This document shows positions 40,347 to 52,203 of a stretch of 64,000 nucleotides of DNA, piece by piece. Where the stretch lies: contig NC_086107.1 of NCBI RefSeq assembly GCF_963921235.1, forward strand, positions 105,092,001 through 105,156,000, written 5' to 3'. A program made the position numbers and the translations under genes. The notes under the pieces were generated by a model. It worked only from the letters and a program-made list of their open reading frames with translations, did no database searches and was not told the DNA's origin. This stretch comes from Mobula hypostoma (lineage: Eukaryota). Each line of letters starts with the position of its first letter. Positions within the stretch are counted from its first letter, which is position 1.

Positions 40347-40497
40347 GACTTGATTGCAGAACGGGAGAAGTTGATGAAACACAACCAAAAAATGGAGAAC
40401 AAGCTAGCTGAATATTATAAGAAGAAAGCAGAGGAATCAAAGATTGAGTTAAAGAAATCCCACGCTGATTATGATCAACGATACTTGAAGTTCATGG
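40347..40497 (+). CDS. CCDC96: CCDC96-like exon 7 (coiled coil)
   Basis: atccag|GAC ... ATGG|gtaagg. DLIAEREKLMKHNQKMENKLAEYYKKKAEE...DYDQRYLKFM. Confidence 0.88.
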
Positions 40498-41113
40498 GTA
40501 AGGCAAAAATTAGGATGTGGAAAGGATTATCTGGCAAGGAAACATTAGGGAATGAGGGAGTGAATACAATTTCTGGGATAGTGGATGTAGAGCCAGTCCA
40601 GGGGTCTTCTATGCCTTGGAAGCAGTCGAGCTTCTTCAATGTCGTTGGAGCTATAAAGAGCACTCTTTAACAACACTTCAGCAGCAAGAAATCTACTGGA
40701 GAAACACAGAGAGTTAAGCAGCATCGTTGGAGAGAGGGTGGGAAGGAACTGTCGAGGTCTTGAGTCAAAGCAATGTGTTGGGACTGAGTGGAGAGCGAGA
40801 TGGGCAGTATAAAGTGGGGAGGGGGAATGATGAGAAAGGCACCCAAGGCAATTGGTGGAGTGAAAAAGTGTGAAAGATGACAGGCTGATTGCATCAGATA
40901 GGGGAGAAGAGTGGGCATGGGAGAAAGTGACAGGAGAATGAGAGATGGAGGCAGACAAGGAGAGAGAAAAAGGTAGAGTATAGAATGAACATATATTAGC
41001 AGTCCAGCATCCAAGGATGGTGTTCCTTCATTAATTTTACACCCTCAGGAAAGGAGTGGAGAAAGGTAGATCAGGACGGATGCCGTTGACCCGTGTTTGC
41101 TCGTCTCTCATAG

Positions 41114-41307
41114 ATCTTCTGGCTAAGGTGCAGGGTACTTATAAGGAAGAGCTGGCATTGTATGAGGAACAGATCGGCCATCTTAACGCCAAGTGTGAGG
41201 AGCAACAGCAGCTGACAGATAATGAATGGAAGATGGTTCAGTCTAGGAAGAAAGCTGTAGCAAAGACTGCAATAAACAAGCGGCCGGGAAGGCAAGCCGC
41301 TCTTCAG
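41114..41307 (+). CDS. CCDC96: CCDC96-like exon 8 (coiled coil)
   Basis: ctcatag|AT ... CAG|gtaaat. DLLAKVQGTYKEELALYEEQIGHL...NEWKMVQSRKKAVAKTAINKRPGRQAALQ. Confidence 0.88.
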
Positions 41308-41588
41308 GTAAATTGATCTTTACTCAATACAGCTTCAAGGAGTGATGGAGCATATATTGCACTGCATAATGTGTTTCATTTGTAACAGAACACAGTCTGA
41401 ATTAACTCTCACTGTCCTGTTAATGCCTCTCTTGTTGAACCCCCCCCCACCCTGCCAGCTGACTACTTCAAATAATTTTGTTGAGTTTTTTCAAGATACT
41501 GAGAACTGATGTTGTTTAACTTTGTATCACACACACACACACACACACAAAATGCTGGAAGAACTCAGCAGGCCAGGCAGCATCTTTG

Positions 41589-41824
41589 TGTGGTAAACCA
41601 TATATATATGTTGTAACTGGGTTACCTGCCTGGACACAGCCCTCTGCTGATTGCTCCTGTGGCTTCTCCCACAGACCCCTGAATAAAGGCGACTGCGCCA
41701 TTGCTCCTCCTCTCAGTCCAGGGCAGATACTCAGCATGGTGGAGATCACATTTTACTGCTAATAATAAAAGCCTTTCAGTATTTACTCTACTTCCAGTCT
41801 TTTGGAGTTATTGATGGTGCATCA
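41589..41824 (+). mobile_element. Solo LTR inserted into a family-A Penelope repeat
   Basis: TG...CA ends, internal AATAAA, and a degenerate 5-bp TSD (CTTTG/CCATG) that splits the host GCAGCATCTATGGAAAAG. Confidence 0.7.
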
Positions 41825-44794
41825 CCATGGAAAAGATGAGTCCCTACATCAGGACTCGAAAGGAAGGGAGAAGTCAGTGTAAGGAGGTGGGGAGGAAGAA
41901 GTACAAGGGGGCAGGTGATAGGTGGAACCGGGAGAGGGAGAGGCAGTGAAGTAAAGGGTTGAGAAGTTGTTTGGTGAAAGAGATAAAGGGCTGAAGAAGG
42001 GTGAATCTGATATGTGAGGACTGAAGACCAGGGAAGAGGGGAAGGGAAGGAGCACCAGAGGGAGGTGATAGGCAGGTAAGTACAGAAGGTGAGAGAGGGA
42101 AACGGGAATGGGGTATGGTGCAGGAGAGGAAGTGGGGGCAACTACCAGAAGTTCAAGAGATCGATGTTTATGCTATTAGATTGGAGGCTAAGTTAACTGT
42201 CACTATCCTGTTGATGTCTTTCTTGTTGACTAGTTTAAATAATTTTGTTATGTTTGTCCACAAAGCTTCAAGTTACTGAAAACTAGAGTTATGTAACTCA
42301 GTGTCTGAAACTGAAAAACTGAGGTGAAAAGTTAACATCAACGTTGAAGTTAGGAAAGTCAGGGAGCAAATAACAGAAGCCAGAAATTGCTGTGGATTTT
42401 AAATGTCTCTAGAAGAGAGAATGGAGAGATTTTATGAGACTCTGCAACCTAACCGGCTATGGGTTTGGTCAGAAAACTAAGAATAATCTAATCTAATCTA
42501 ATAACTCACGTGAAGTTTTGGAGCACCCCAGTAGTCAGGCAGTATCTATGGGAAGGAATAGAGTTGATGTTTCAGGCCGAGACCCTTCATCACGACTAGA
42601 ATGAAAGGAGGAAGAAGCCATAATAAGAAGATGGGGGAGGGAGGGAACGTCGACTCAGACCATGAGGGGCCTGTGTCGGGCATTTTCATGCCTTACAAGG
42701 CGCAGATTGGGAGTCTGTGTGGGACGCCACTCCTCGCACAGACACTAGAGCAATGTGTGGTTAAGTGCCTTGCTCAAGGGCACAATCACGCTGCCACAGC
42801 CGAGGCTCGAACTAGCGACCTTCAGATCACTAGACGAACACCTTAACCATTTGGCCACGTGCCCAACACGAGGGGAAGGAATTACAGGCTATAAGGTGAT
42901 AGGTGAACCCCTGTGAGGGGGGAGCTAGGTGGGTGGGGAGGGGTGAATTAAGAAGCTGGGACGTGATAGGTGCAAAAATCAAAGTGCTGAAGAAGGAGGA
43001 ATTGATAGAAAAAGGGGAGTGGACCTTGGGAGAAAGGAGAGGAGGAGGGACATGAGAGGGAGTGATAGGCAGGTAAGGAGAAGAGAAGAGGTGAAGGGGA
43101 AGCCATAATGTGGAATAGAAGATGAGAGAAATTGCGGGGGTGGGGGGGGAGGGAGAAACAACCGGAGGCCATGCCATAAGGTTGGAGACTACCCGGACAG
43201 AGGTGGATGGTGCCTTTGCTTTTTTGCAGAAGTGGGTGGGGGTGGGAGGGCCGTCGTTATGGAGGCTGCTTGTGCGTGGGGGCGTGGGGGGTAGTCGGGG
43301 AAGCGTTGAAGTTCCAACGTTTTATCTGTCACTCACTCTGTGGGGCCCTTTTCTATTTTCATGGATGTCTGCAAAGATCAACAATTTCAGGAATTGAATT
43401 GAGTTTATTTCTTACATCCCTCACATACATGAGGAGTAAAAATCTTTATGTTACATCTCCGTCTAAATGTGCAATATATAGTAATTTGTGATAAATAGTA
43501 TGTACAACAGGACAGTCAATATACCATAGAAATACAATTGTATCAGCATGAATTAATCGGTCTGATGGCCTGGTGGAAGAAGCTGTCCGGGAGATGTGTA
43601 TTGCATACATTTCTCTGATATTAAATGGAACTTTTGAACTATTGAATACGAGGCGTTGCCCCTCCAGCCTGGGAGTGGTCTCATCTCAGCAGCTGAGGAG
43701 GCCATGGACTGACCTGTTGGAATGTGAGTGGGTTTAAATTACTAATCTAACTTCTGCATTGTCAGCTGGGCCTTCTGTCTGCAGTACTGAAACAAAAAAC
43801 ACTAATGGACGGCTATAAGGGGGGCACAGCTGAACTCTGCATCCATGGCTGTGGACCTCGTTCAGACCTGCAATTTCACCCAGACCTGGGACTCCTCAGC
43901 ATAATTCTGCGAGGTTTGAGGAATTCACCCCACCTGGCAATATGAAAGGAAAGAACAGTCTGTTGCCTACCATATGATTCCTATGAACAGTGAATGGTTA
44001 CCTGTCACCACCGGCTACTTGCTTTTTCTTGTGGACTGTAAATCTCTAAAAGCGGCAGGTCTGTGTTAACACATCTATACTGTCTCAAGCCCCCTGAGCC
44101 AGTACTCAGACTGGCTACTTCTATCTTTGCTGCAAAAATCGGTGCTTTAATACTAAGAAATTCTCAAGTGAGGGAAAGAAGAAGACCAGAGCAATGTTAA
44201 TCAAATGTAGGACGACAGAATAATTGAAATGGAGGTAGAGAGAGGAAAGAGCAAGGGTTCCTAACCTTTTTATGCCATAGACTGAGGGGTCTGTGGACCC
44301 CCGGGCTAGAGGAAAGTAAACGTGATTTTAGGTTAATTCTACCAAAGAGTTAAATGAACTTCCCTTGATAAGGGAGTAGTGGTAAAGGTGATTCTGTGAA
44401 TGCATCCCACTTTCAAAGGGAGCACAGGTCAGAATTAGAAGGACAATGGATTCATATTTTCTTATCCAACTGCCTCTCCCCCCCACCCCTCACCAGCAGC
44501 AGTAGATGATATGTCTCCCTTGTTGGATTTTGACAGGAGTGAGCTTTATAGACAAAGACCTGCAAGAAAAAAAATCCTACAAAAATGGTGGCTACAGCCC
44601 AGTCCATCGCAGGGAAAGCCCTCCCCACTATTGAGCACACCTACAAAATGTGCTGCCACAAGAAAGCAGGGACATTATCAAGGACCCCCACTCTCCAGGC
44701 CAGGTTCTCTCCTTCCTGCTGCCATCGGGAAGAAGGTACGGGAGCCTTCAGTCCCACACTAACAAGTTCAGGAACAGTTGTCACCATCAGGCTC

Positions 44795-44836
<42 letters not shown>

Positions 44837-45501
44837 TTCTAAAGATTACTTATGTATCTATCTATTTATATATTTACTTATTTATCTATATGTGTTTATC
44901 TGTTTATTTATTTGCACTTGACCACTTCGTCTTCTTTTGCAAGTGGTTGCTTGTCAGTCATTATTTGTGTTTAGTTTTTCATTGATTCTGTTGTATTTCA
45001 TTGTTCTGATGTGAATGCCTGCAAGGAACTGAATCTCAGGATTGTAAATGGTGACATATATGTACTTAGGTAATAAATCTGAACTTGTAGAAGGGACGAG
45101 TCTATTTAATGGAAACATTTTGATGTGAGAAGGCACTAAATGGGCGTGTTGGCGGTTTAGAGTTACTTCTGGGATTTGTAGAATGATACCAACTTTTCCT
45201 ATTACCTTCCCACATGCTTTACTTGTCGCCAGTAAATGAACACAAGAACATTTAGAATCACAGCTCTTGAAACTCTGAACCTGGGTAGATATCTGTTAGT
45301 GAATCAAACACAAAGTATTAGAGTTTGGGAATGGAACACTTACTGTAACAGTGGGAGATCCAGGGACAATACTATACCCTCCCAAATCAAGTTTGGCTTG
45401 GTTTCAATACAGTGTAAGGGGTATACTCCATTGCCTTATATTCATTGGTTCCAAACATACAAATGCAATTCTTAAACTCAAAACAAAAATAAATAAATAG
45501 G

Positions 45502-45795
45502 CATCCATTAGTCTTGCGAGACCATGGATCTGCACCTGGAAAGTCTTCACTCTCCAGGGTGCAGGCCTGGCCAAGGTTGTATGGAAGCCCATGCTGCAAG
45601 TCTCTTCTCTCCACGACACCAATGTTGTCCAAGAGAAGGGCATTAGGACCCATACAGCTTGGCACCAGTGTCATCACAGAGCAATGTGTGGTTAAGTGCC
45701 TTGCTCAAGGACACAACACATTCTCTCGGCTGGGGCTCGAACTCACGACCTTCAAGTAGCTAGTCTAGTGCCTTAACCGCTTGGCCATGTGCCCA
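45502..45795 (-). mobile_element. tRNA-derived SINE; related copy at about 42646-42870
   Basis: Minus strand has TGGCCAAGCGG (A box), GAGTTCGAGCC (B box) and a GTGTCCTTGAGCAAGGCACTTAACC core. Confidence 0.75.
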
Positions 45796-45842
45796 CAAAC
45801 AAAAATAAAGATAAATTTAAAAAAAACAACTCATTATCTTAT

Positions 45843-45881
<39 letters not shown>

Positions 45882-46094
45882 GAACTAGAACAAATTCAGA
45901 ATATCGAGGAGCAGAAAGAGAAGGAGTTGAGGCAGACTCGATTCCTGACTATCAGGATGAAGAATAAGCTGAAGTATTATGAGCATCAACTGAAGGCGAA
46001 GGAGGAACTGGCAGGCGGGCTAAATCTGATCGACTATGAACAGCTGAAAATCGAGAACCAGACTTACAGTGAAAAGATTGAGGAACGTATTGAG
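45882..46094 (+). CDS. CCDC96: CCDC96-like exon 9 (start of the DUF4201-type conserved domain)
   Basis: (tg)n-tag|GAA ... GAG|gtaagc. ELEQIQNIEEQKEKELRQTR...KEELAGGLNLIDYEQLKIENQTYSEKIEERIE, matching the GLxLIDFEQLKIENQT motif of CCDC96/CCDC113. Confidence 0.92.
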
Positions 46095-47362
46095 GTAAGC
46101 AGGGGCAAAGAGCTAAAGAGAGTGTAATCACACTTACTACGTAAATGGGCTACGTAAGTTAGTATTGCAATAACCTGGTTCAACAGTGTTACATTATGCT
46201 ATATCAACATTGCAAGTAGTTGTCCAGACTGAAATGTCAGGTTAGTTCAACCTGAATGGTGAGAGGATTGAGTCATACTGAATTTAGAGTACTGTATTTT
46301 GTAAATAAGGAAAATTTACGAGGATGTTGCCGGGACTTGATGACCTGAGTTATCAGGAAAGATTGAATAGGTTTGGACTTTATTCCCTGGAGCGTAGGAG
46401 AACGAGGGAGACTTGACAGAGATACACAAAGTTATAAGGGATATAGGTAGGGTTAATGCAAGCAGGCTTTTTTTAAACCGCTAAGGTAGGGTGAGATAGA
46501 ACTAGGGATCGTAGGTTAAGGGTGAAAGGTGAAATATTTAGGGGGAACTTCTTCACTCACAGTGTGGAACAAGCCGTCAGCGGTAATGGTGGATGTGTGT
46601 TCCATTAGGGGAAGTATGGGTGAGGTTGTATAGAGGTCTATGGTTCAGATGGGACTAGGCAGAATAATAGTTTGGTACGGACTAGATGGGCCAAAGGGCC
46701 TGTTTCTGAGTTGTATCAGTGGGATATTCCAACAGCAAGAGGACCCAAACTACTTTGAGATGGAATTCCCGGTGTAGAAGTGGCAATGGGATAAGCAGTA
46801 CTTCAAAGGCAAAATACCGTAAATGTTGGAACTTCTGGAGCATCTGTAGTACACTACTTTTGGATTTCTGTTTCTTTTAAGGAGAGTTTATGTAATCTAG
46901 GATCTTATTTTCTGAAATGTTGGAGATTGAGTGGTGATCTGCTTGAGATATGTAAGCTCATGAGGGGTATAGAGAGAGAAGCACTTAGTCTCCTTCCCAG
47001 GGAGGGGAGCTAAAAATGAGAGAGCATAGGTTGAAGGTCAGAGGTGAGGAATGTAAAAAGTACATCAGGAGCAGCTTCTTCATGCAAAGGGTGATACCCA
47101 TCTGGAATGAGCTGCCAGAAATACTGGTTGACACAGACACCATCCAGATTTAAGAGCCATCTCAAGAAGTACATCTTAGGAGAGGTTTAGAGATTGAAGG
47201 ACCAAGCTTGAGCTGATTGGATTAGCGTGCTGGGCATCACATCGGGGATGAATTGTGCTGAACGGCCCATTTTGGTGCTCAGTGACCATCACTGTTCCCA
47301 GATCAATGGTTGTGATATATGTGTGATGCTACTGCCTTTTAGCCACTGGCAGTTAAGGCAAC

Positions 47363-48431
47363 TTTGATAAAGTGAAGCACAATAAGTTATTTGAGATACT
47401 ACAGGAAACTCTAGCTTTAGATTCGAAAGACCTCCGCCTAATCAGAAATCTGTACTGGGAACAAACTGCCACTGTAAGAATAGATGGAGAAGTGAGTCAG
47501 TTTACAAAAATCAAGAGAGGCATTAGACAAGGGTGTGTTTTCTCCCCTGATTTATTTAATGTGTACAGTAAAACAATATTACAAAAAATAAGAGATATCT
47601 TGGGAATCAAAGTTGGCGGTGAAAACATCATTAATTTCAGATATGTGAATGACACTGTGTTAATTGCAAGTACGGAGGAAGAACTACAAACTTAATTGAT
47701 ATAATTGTTGAAGAAAGTGCAAAAATGAGTCTATCTATCAATTGCAAAAAGACAGAATGCATGGTGATCTCCAAAAAGAAGGAGAATCCCATCTGCAGGC
47801 TGAGAATAAATGGGGAAGACATAAAACAAGTACAGAACTTTTGCTACTTAGGAAGCTGGGTAACATTGGATGGCAGGTGCGACATGGACATCAAAAGAAG
47901 AATAGGGATGGCGAAAGACACCTTTATGAGAATGAAGAGTATACTGACCAATACTAAACTAGGCATGACAACCCGCCTCAGAGTACTGAAATGTTACGTT
48001 TATCCAGTTATGTTGTATGGCTCAGAATGTTGGACAATATCTAGTAACATGAGGAAATGAATTGAAGCAGCAGAGATGTGGTTTTTGAGGAGGATGCAAA
48101 GAACATCATGGACGAAACGAATATCTAACGAGGATGTCATGAACAGAGCAAACACAAAAAGACAAATAATGTATGAGATCATGAAAAGGCAACGTAACTT
48201 CATTGGACATGTGATTAGGAAAGAGGAGTTAGAATGCACGGTAATTATGGGAAAGATTGAAGGGAAGAAAGCAAGAGGAAGGCAAAGACAAATGATGATG
48301 GAGACAGCAGCCAGAGAACTGGAAATGAATACCAATGAATTGATCCACTTGACCCGAAACAGGAGTGGGTGGGCCATGGCAGTCAGAGCTCAAACGGGGC
48401 ACGGGACGTGATGATGATAATGATGATGATT
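47363..48431 (+). mobile_element. 5'-truncated RTE-clade LINE with (GAT)n tail
   Basis: RGIRQGCVFSPDLFNVY, FRYVND, FCYLGS, LYGSECW. Tail gatgatgataatgatgatgat. Flanked by TTAAGGCA(A/G)C duplication. Confidence 0.9.
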
Positions 48432-48825
48432 TAAGGCAGCAACGAAGATCCTCCATTTCTGACAGTGTTCAGGGCTTCCTTCAACATGTCAGTATCTTCC
48501 TCTTGGTTTTCACTACTGTCAGTCATGCAGTTCCCGGGTGGAGACTGAGGAATACCGTCACACTCAGACGTGGAAGGATTCTTCATTGCTGTTTCCGTAA
48601 CGGTTTTGTTTTACCAGTCAAGGTTGTTAGCCCTGAGCTGAACCCCCGAACCTGGAGGACCGGTGGACCACTCTTAGTTTGGTCTCTACCCTTTGACCTG
48701 TTTGTCATGGGTGACCCTACCAAGAGCCAAAGGATAAAGCCCTGACTCCAGCCAACATAGCTCTCCAGGTCATTGATGCAGGCAAGCCTCCAAAACCAAA
48801 GACAAGGTTGTGGTCCTCTTGGAGG
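48432..48825 (-). mobile_element. Non-autonomous RTE-derived short element, copy 3 (its 3' tip at about 47329-47362 is split off by the RTE insertion)
   Basis: Same family, longer internal segment. Confidence 0.8.
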
Positions 48826-49021
48826 ATGGAATGATGAGTGGATGCTAGTTCCCAATATCCTCATGGTGTAAGGACTTACTCGAAAGCAGAGATACAGTCG
48901 AAGGATATAATGATAGATAAGACATGAAAACATTTGTACAGCAGCAGGACATTGAACCTCAAGAGTTCTGCACAAATGCAGCCCCTGCTTTGCATTTTAC
49001 AGCCTTGGTTTAATTTTACAG

Positions 49022-49159
49022 GAAGTCACCAAACTGAAGAAGAAGATAGCAGCTACCATTGAAGTGCTGACTCACACCAAGGAGAAGCTGGAGTATGTGG
49101 AGAAAGAGAACGAGAAGAAGAAAACTGAACTCAGGGAGGTTGAGGCCACTGTAGCACAG
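49022..49159 (+). CDS. CCDC96: CCDC96-like exon 10
   Basis: ttttacag|GAA ... CAG|gtaatg. EVTKLKKKIAATIEVLTHTKEKLEYVEKENEKKKTELREVEATVAQ. Confidence 0.92.
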
Positions 49160-49454
49160 GTAATGGTGATAGGGAGAGGCTATTAGAAGGGAAGATGAGG
49201 GAGATAGCAAACACTGGAAGGGAGAGAGTGGGAATACAGGTGTGGTGAGGATAGGGAATATAGGCAGGGAGTGTCTTTTGCAGTGGGTTCAGGAAGTGGG
49301 GTAAGTTGGGAGGGATGAGTAGCTAGGAGGTGTGAGTGTAGTAAGCTGAGGGAAAGGGCAGGTACTGGAGAGAGGATGGATGCAAGGAGTACATAGAGGT
49401 ACTAGAAACAAAGGGAGCAGGGTCATGTAGGGTTTTGGTGATATAGAGGAACTT

Positions 49455-49760
49455 TGCTCCCCTGTGTTAGGCAGTGACAGACTTGCCCTCTATTACACTA
49501 TCCCAGTGTTATTACAGTGACAGACCTGTACTGTATTCCAGTGTTATACAATGAGAGACCAACTCCCACCAGTGGTACGGTGCCCCAGTGTTACAAACTG
49601 CCAGACCACCAGCACTGTACCTGTGTGTGTAGAGGTACAGATCTATTCCCAGCAGTACTTTATCCCAATGTTATGCAATGACAGACCTTTGTCTACCAGT
49701 AACTGTGCCCCATTGTCATACAGTAATGGACCTGTGTCCACCATTGCTGTGCATTGTGTT
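49455..49760. repeat. Degenerate minisatellite of about 30 bp (CAGTGTTATACAGTGACAGACCTGT-like)
   Basis: Repeated cagtgtta..cagtgacagac motifs. Confidence 0.6.
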
Positions 49761-51190
49761 CAGAATGTATATGGTTGATAATGAACCCAGAAATGAAAGG
49801 GTAAATGATTAAGGAGTGTTTGATGGCCTTGAGCCTGAACTCATTGGAGTTTAGAAGGATGAGGGGGGGATCTTGTTGAAACCTACCAAATATGAAAGGC
49901 CTAGATCGAGTAGACATGAAGAGGATGTTTCCAATAGTGGGAGAGTCTAGGATTAGAGGGGAGATTCTCAGAATAGTAGGACATCCCTTTAGAGCAGAGA
50001 AGAGGAGTAATTTCTTTAGCCAGAGAATGGTGAATCTGTGGAATTCATTGGCACAGATGGCTGCGGAGGTCAAGTCATTGGATATATTTAAAGTGGAGGT
50101 TGAGTGGTTCTTGATCGAGCATCAAAAGGTACAGGGTCCTCCTAATAGAAGAGTTGGGTTAAGAGGGAAAATAAATCAGCCATAATCAAATGATGGAGCC
50201 AATCAAACAATTGGGTGAATGGCTTAATTCTGCTCCTATGTTTCTTAGACCTGGATCCAGACTTATGCCTGAGATGGTCCATGCATCTCACTCATCCCAG
50301 TGTCTCCAATTGTGATATTAGGTGTGACCTGGGAACTGGACTATCTGCAGTGGTGTTGAGATGCTGCCTGCACCGTGCTCCTCTTGACTCCTATGCAAAT
50401 CTGCCTGGCAGACAATTTCTGAGGAGCTGGAGCTGCCATGGTGATTCCTGAGAGCTGTTGGCCATCCTAGAGCCGGAGCAGCTGGCAGGGCACTTGTCCA
50501 GGGCGGACAGAAGTGAGCCACGTAGATCAGGAGTCTCACTCCATCAGGTTCCTGACCCTGGCTGTAGACAGAGTTCTTGCGGAGAAACCGTTCCCGTTCA
50601 TGAGGGAGAAACCAATTAATTCCATCGGCATGAAAGTGAATGAAATGATCAGTGAAAGTACAAAAAGTGAAGCGAGGTAAACTTCTTTATACAGAAAGAA
50701 GTTTACCTCACTTCACTTTTTGTACTTTCACTGATTGTAGACTGAAAACCCAGACTGAAAGTCTTAGGAACAGCTTCTTTCCCACCCCTATCAGATTTCT
50801 GAATGGCCCATGAACCCATGAACACTTCCCCGTTATTTGTCCTTTGCATTATTTATTTGTTTGTGTAACTTATTGTAATTTTTATGCTTTGAACAGTACT
50901 ACTGCCCACAAAGCAACACATTCCATTACATATGTCGATGACGATAAAGCTGATTCTGTAAAGCTCTGCGGGGTTGGGTGGTGGAAACAGGTTCGTATTG
51001 TGACATCTGAAAGAGAAGTTGATAAGTCTTTGAAAGAAGAAAGTGAAGGTCTGAGGAGAATGCTCAGGGGTGCAGGGGGTAATTAATTTGTCCTAATGTT
51101 GGATTGGCACAGACTTGATGGACTGAATGGCCTCCCTCCACATTGGGATTTCTGATTCTGTAACCCAGCTTCCATTTGCTGTTGTTACAG

Positions 51191-51445
51191 AAGAGGGAGA
51201 TCTTGACCAAAACAAAACAGGCACGGGACAGGTTCCGGACCGCCAACGCCAAGCTGAAGGAGGAGTGCGGCTTGCTGTGTAACAAGCTGCTGCTTCATGA
51301 CCTCGAAGACAACGTGGACACCAACGAGAGACTGCGGTACAAGCTGGAGGAGCTAAAGAGGCGACACATTGACTTAACTCTCAACTCCTATGGAATCAAG
51401 AAGAAAATTGAGTGGGTAAAGATGGGGCAGTTGCAGGCTCAGTGA
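51191..51445 (+). CDS. CCDC96: CCDC96-like last coding exon
   Basis: gttacag|AAG acceptor. KREILTKTKQARDRFRTANAKLKEECGLLCNKLLLHDLED...KKKIEWVKMGQLQAQ*, the CCDC96-type C-terminus. The 11 exons sum to 1566 nt, an open frame. Confidence 0.92.
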   Translation, partial: KREILTKTKQARDRFRTANAKLKEECGLLCNKLLLHDLEDNVDTNERLRYKLEELKRRHIDLTLNSYGIKKKIEWVKMGQLQAQ

Positions 51446-51493
51446 GAGCCCTCAGGAGACAGGGAGAGAAGCATTTCTACTGCATTCTGTTAC

Positions 51494-51528
51494 AATAAAT
51501 ATTAAATAAGATGTTATATGACTTTATT
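51494..51528. terminator. Opposed polyadenylation signals: AATAAA (+, 51494-51499) for CCDC96-like and AATAAA (-, 51523-51528) candidate for PDE6H
   Basis: Hexamers read directly. The minus-strand one is the first AATAAA I found downstream of the PDE6H stop. Confidence 0.6.
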
Positions 51529-51942
51529 CTGAATTCTTAGTTGTGACAAGCAGGAATAAAAGGGCTTTCTCTACAGAAATGCAAGGCATGAAGTGAGTAC
51601 AACAGTACTAGTTCCACCAAGACTTGGGGCAAAACACAATTAAAAAACTGGAGGAGATCAGTGGGTCAGTTACAGCCCAAAATGTTTTCCGTCCGTCTCC
51701 CTCTTTGGATGCTGCCGAACCCGCTAAGTTCCTCCAGCTTTCTGTGTGTTGCTCCAGGCAGGTTTTCAAGGGGAAACCAGAGCTTCATCCATTGTATGAA
51801 CCAATTTTTTCCCACTTCAAAGACAATAAAAGTTTTAAATCTTTTTTTTACATTTTCATTCTCTACATGTTAATGGACATTCCAATTTCACACAGCACAG
51901 ACAGCTAAATGAATTCATTTGGAGGTGTGAGAGAAACCTTTC

Positions 51943-52203
51943 ACAAACATGAGAAAGTCTGCAGATGCTCGAAGTCCAAGTGACACACACAAAATGCCGG
52001 AGGAACTCAGCAGGCCAGGCAACAACTATGGAAAAGGGTACAGCCGATGTTTCAGGCCTAGACCGTTCACCAGGACTAGGGATCTCAGCAGGCCAGGCAG
52101 CATCTATGGAAAAGAATACAGTCGACGTTTCGGGCCGAGATCCTTCGTCAGGACTCAAGGAACTCAACTGAGTTCCTCCAGCACTTTGTGTGTGTGTTGC
52201 TGG
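51943..52203 (-). mobile_element. Penelope-derived (family A) insertion with two tandem hammerhead motifs
   Basis: 78-nt tandem unit with motifs at 52120-52155 and 52042-52077. TSD GAGAAA(C/T)CTTTC. Confidence 0.8.
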
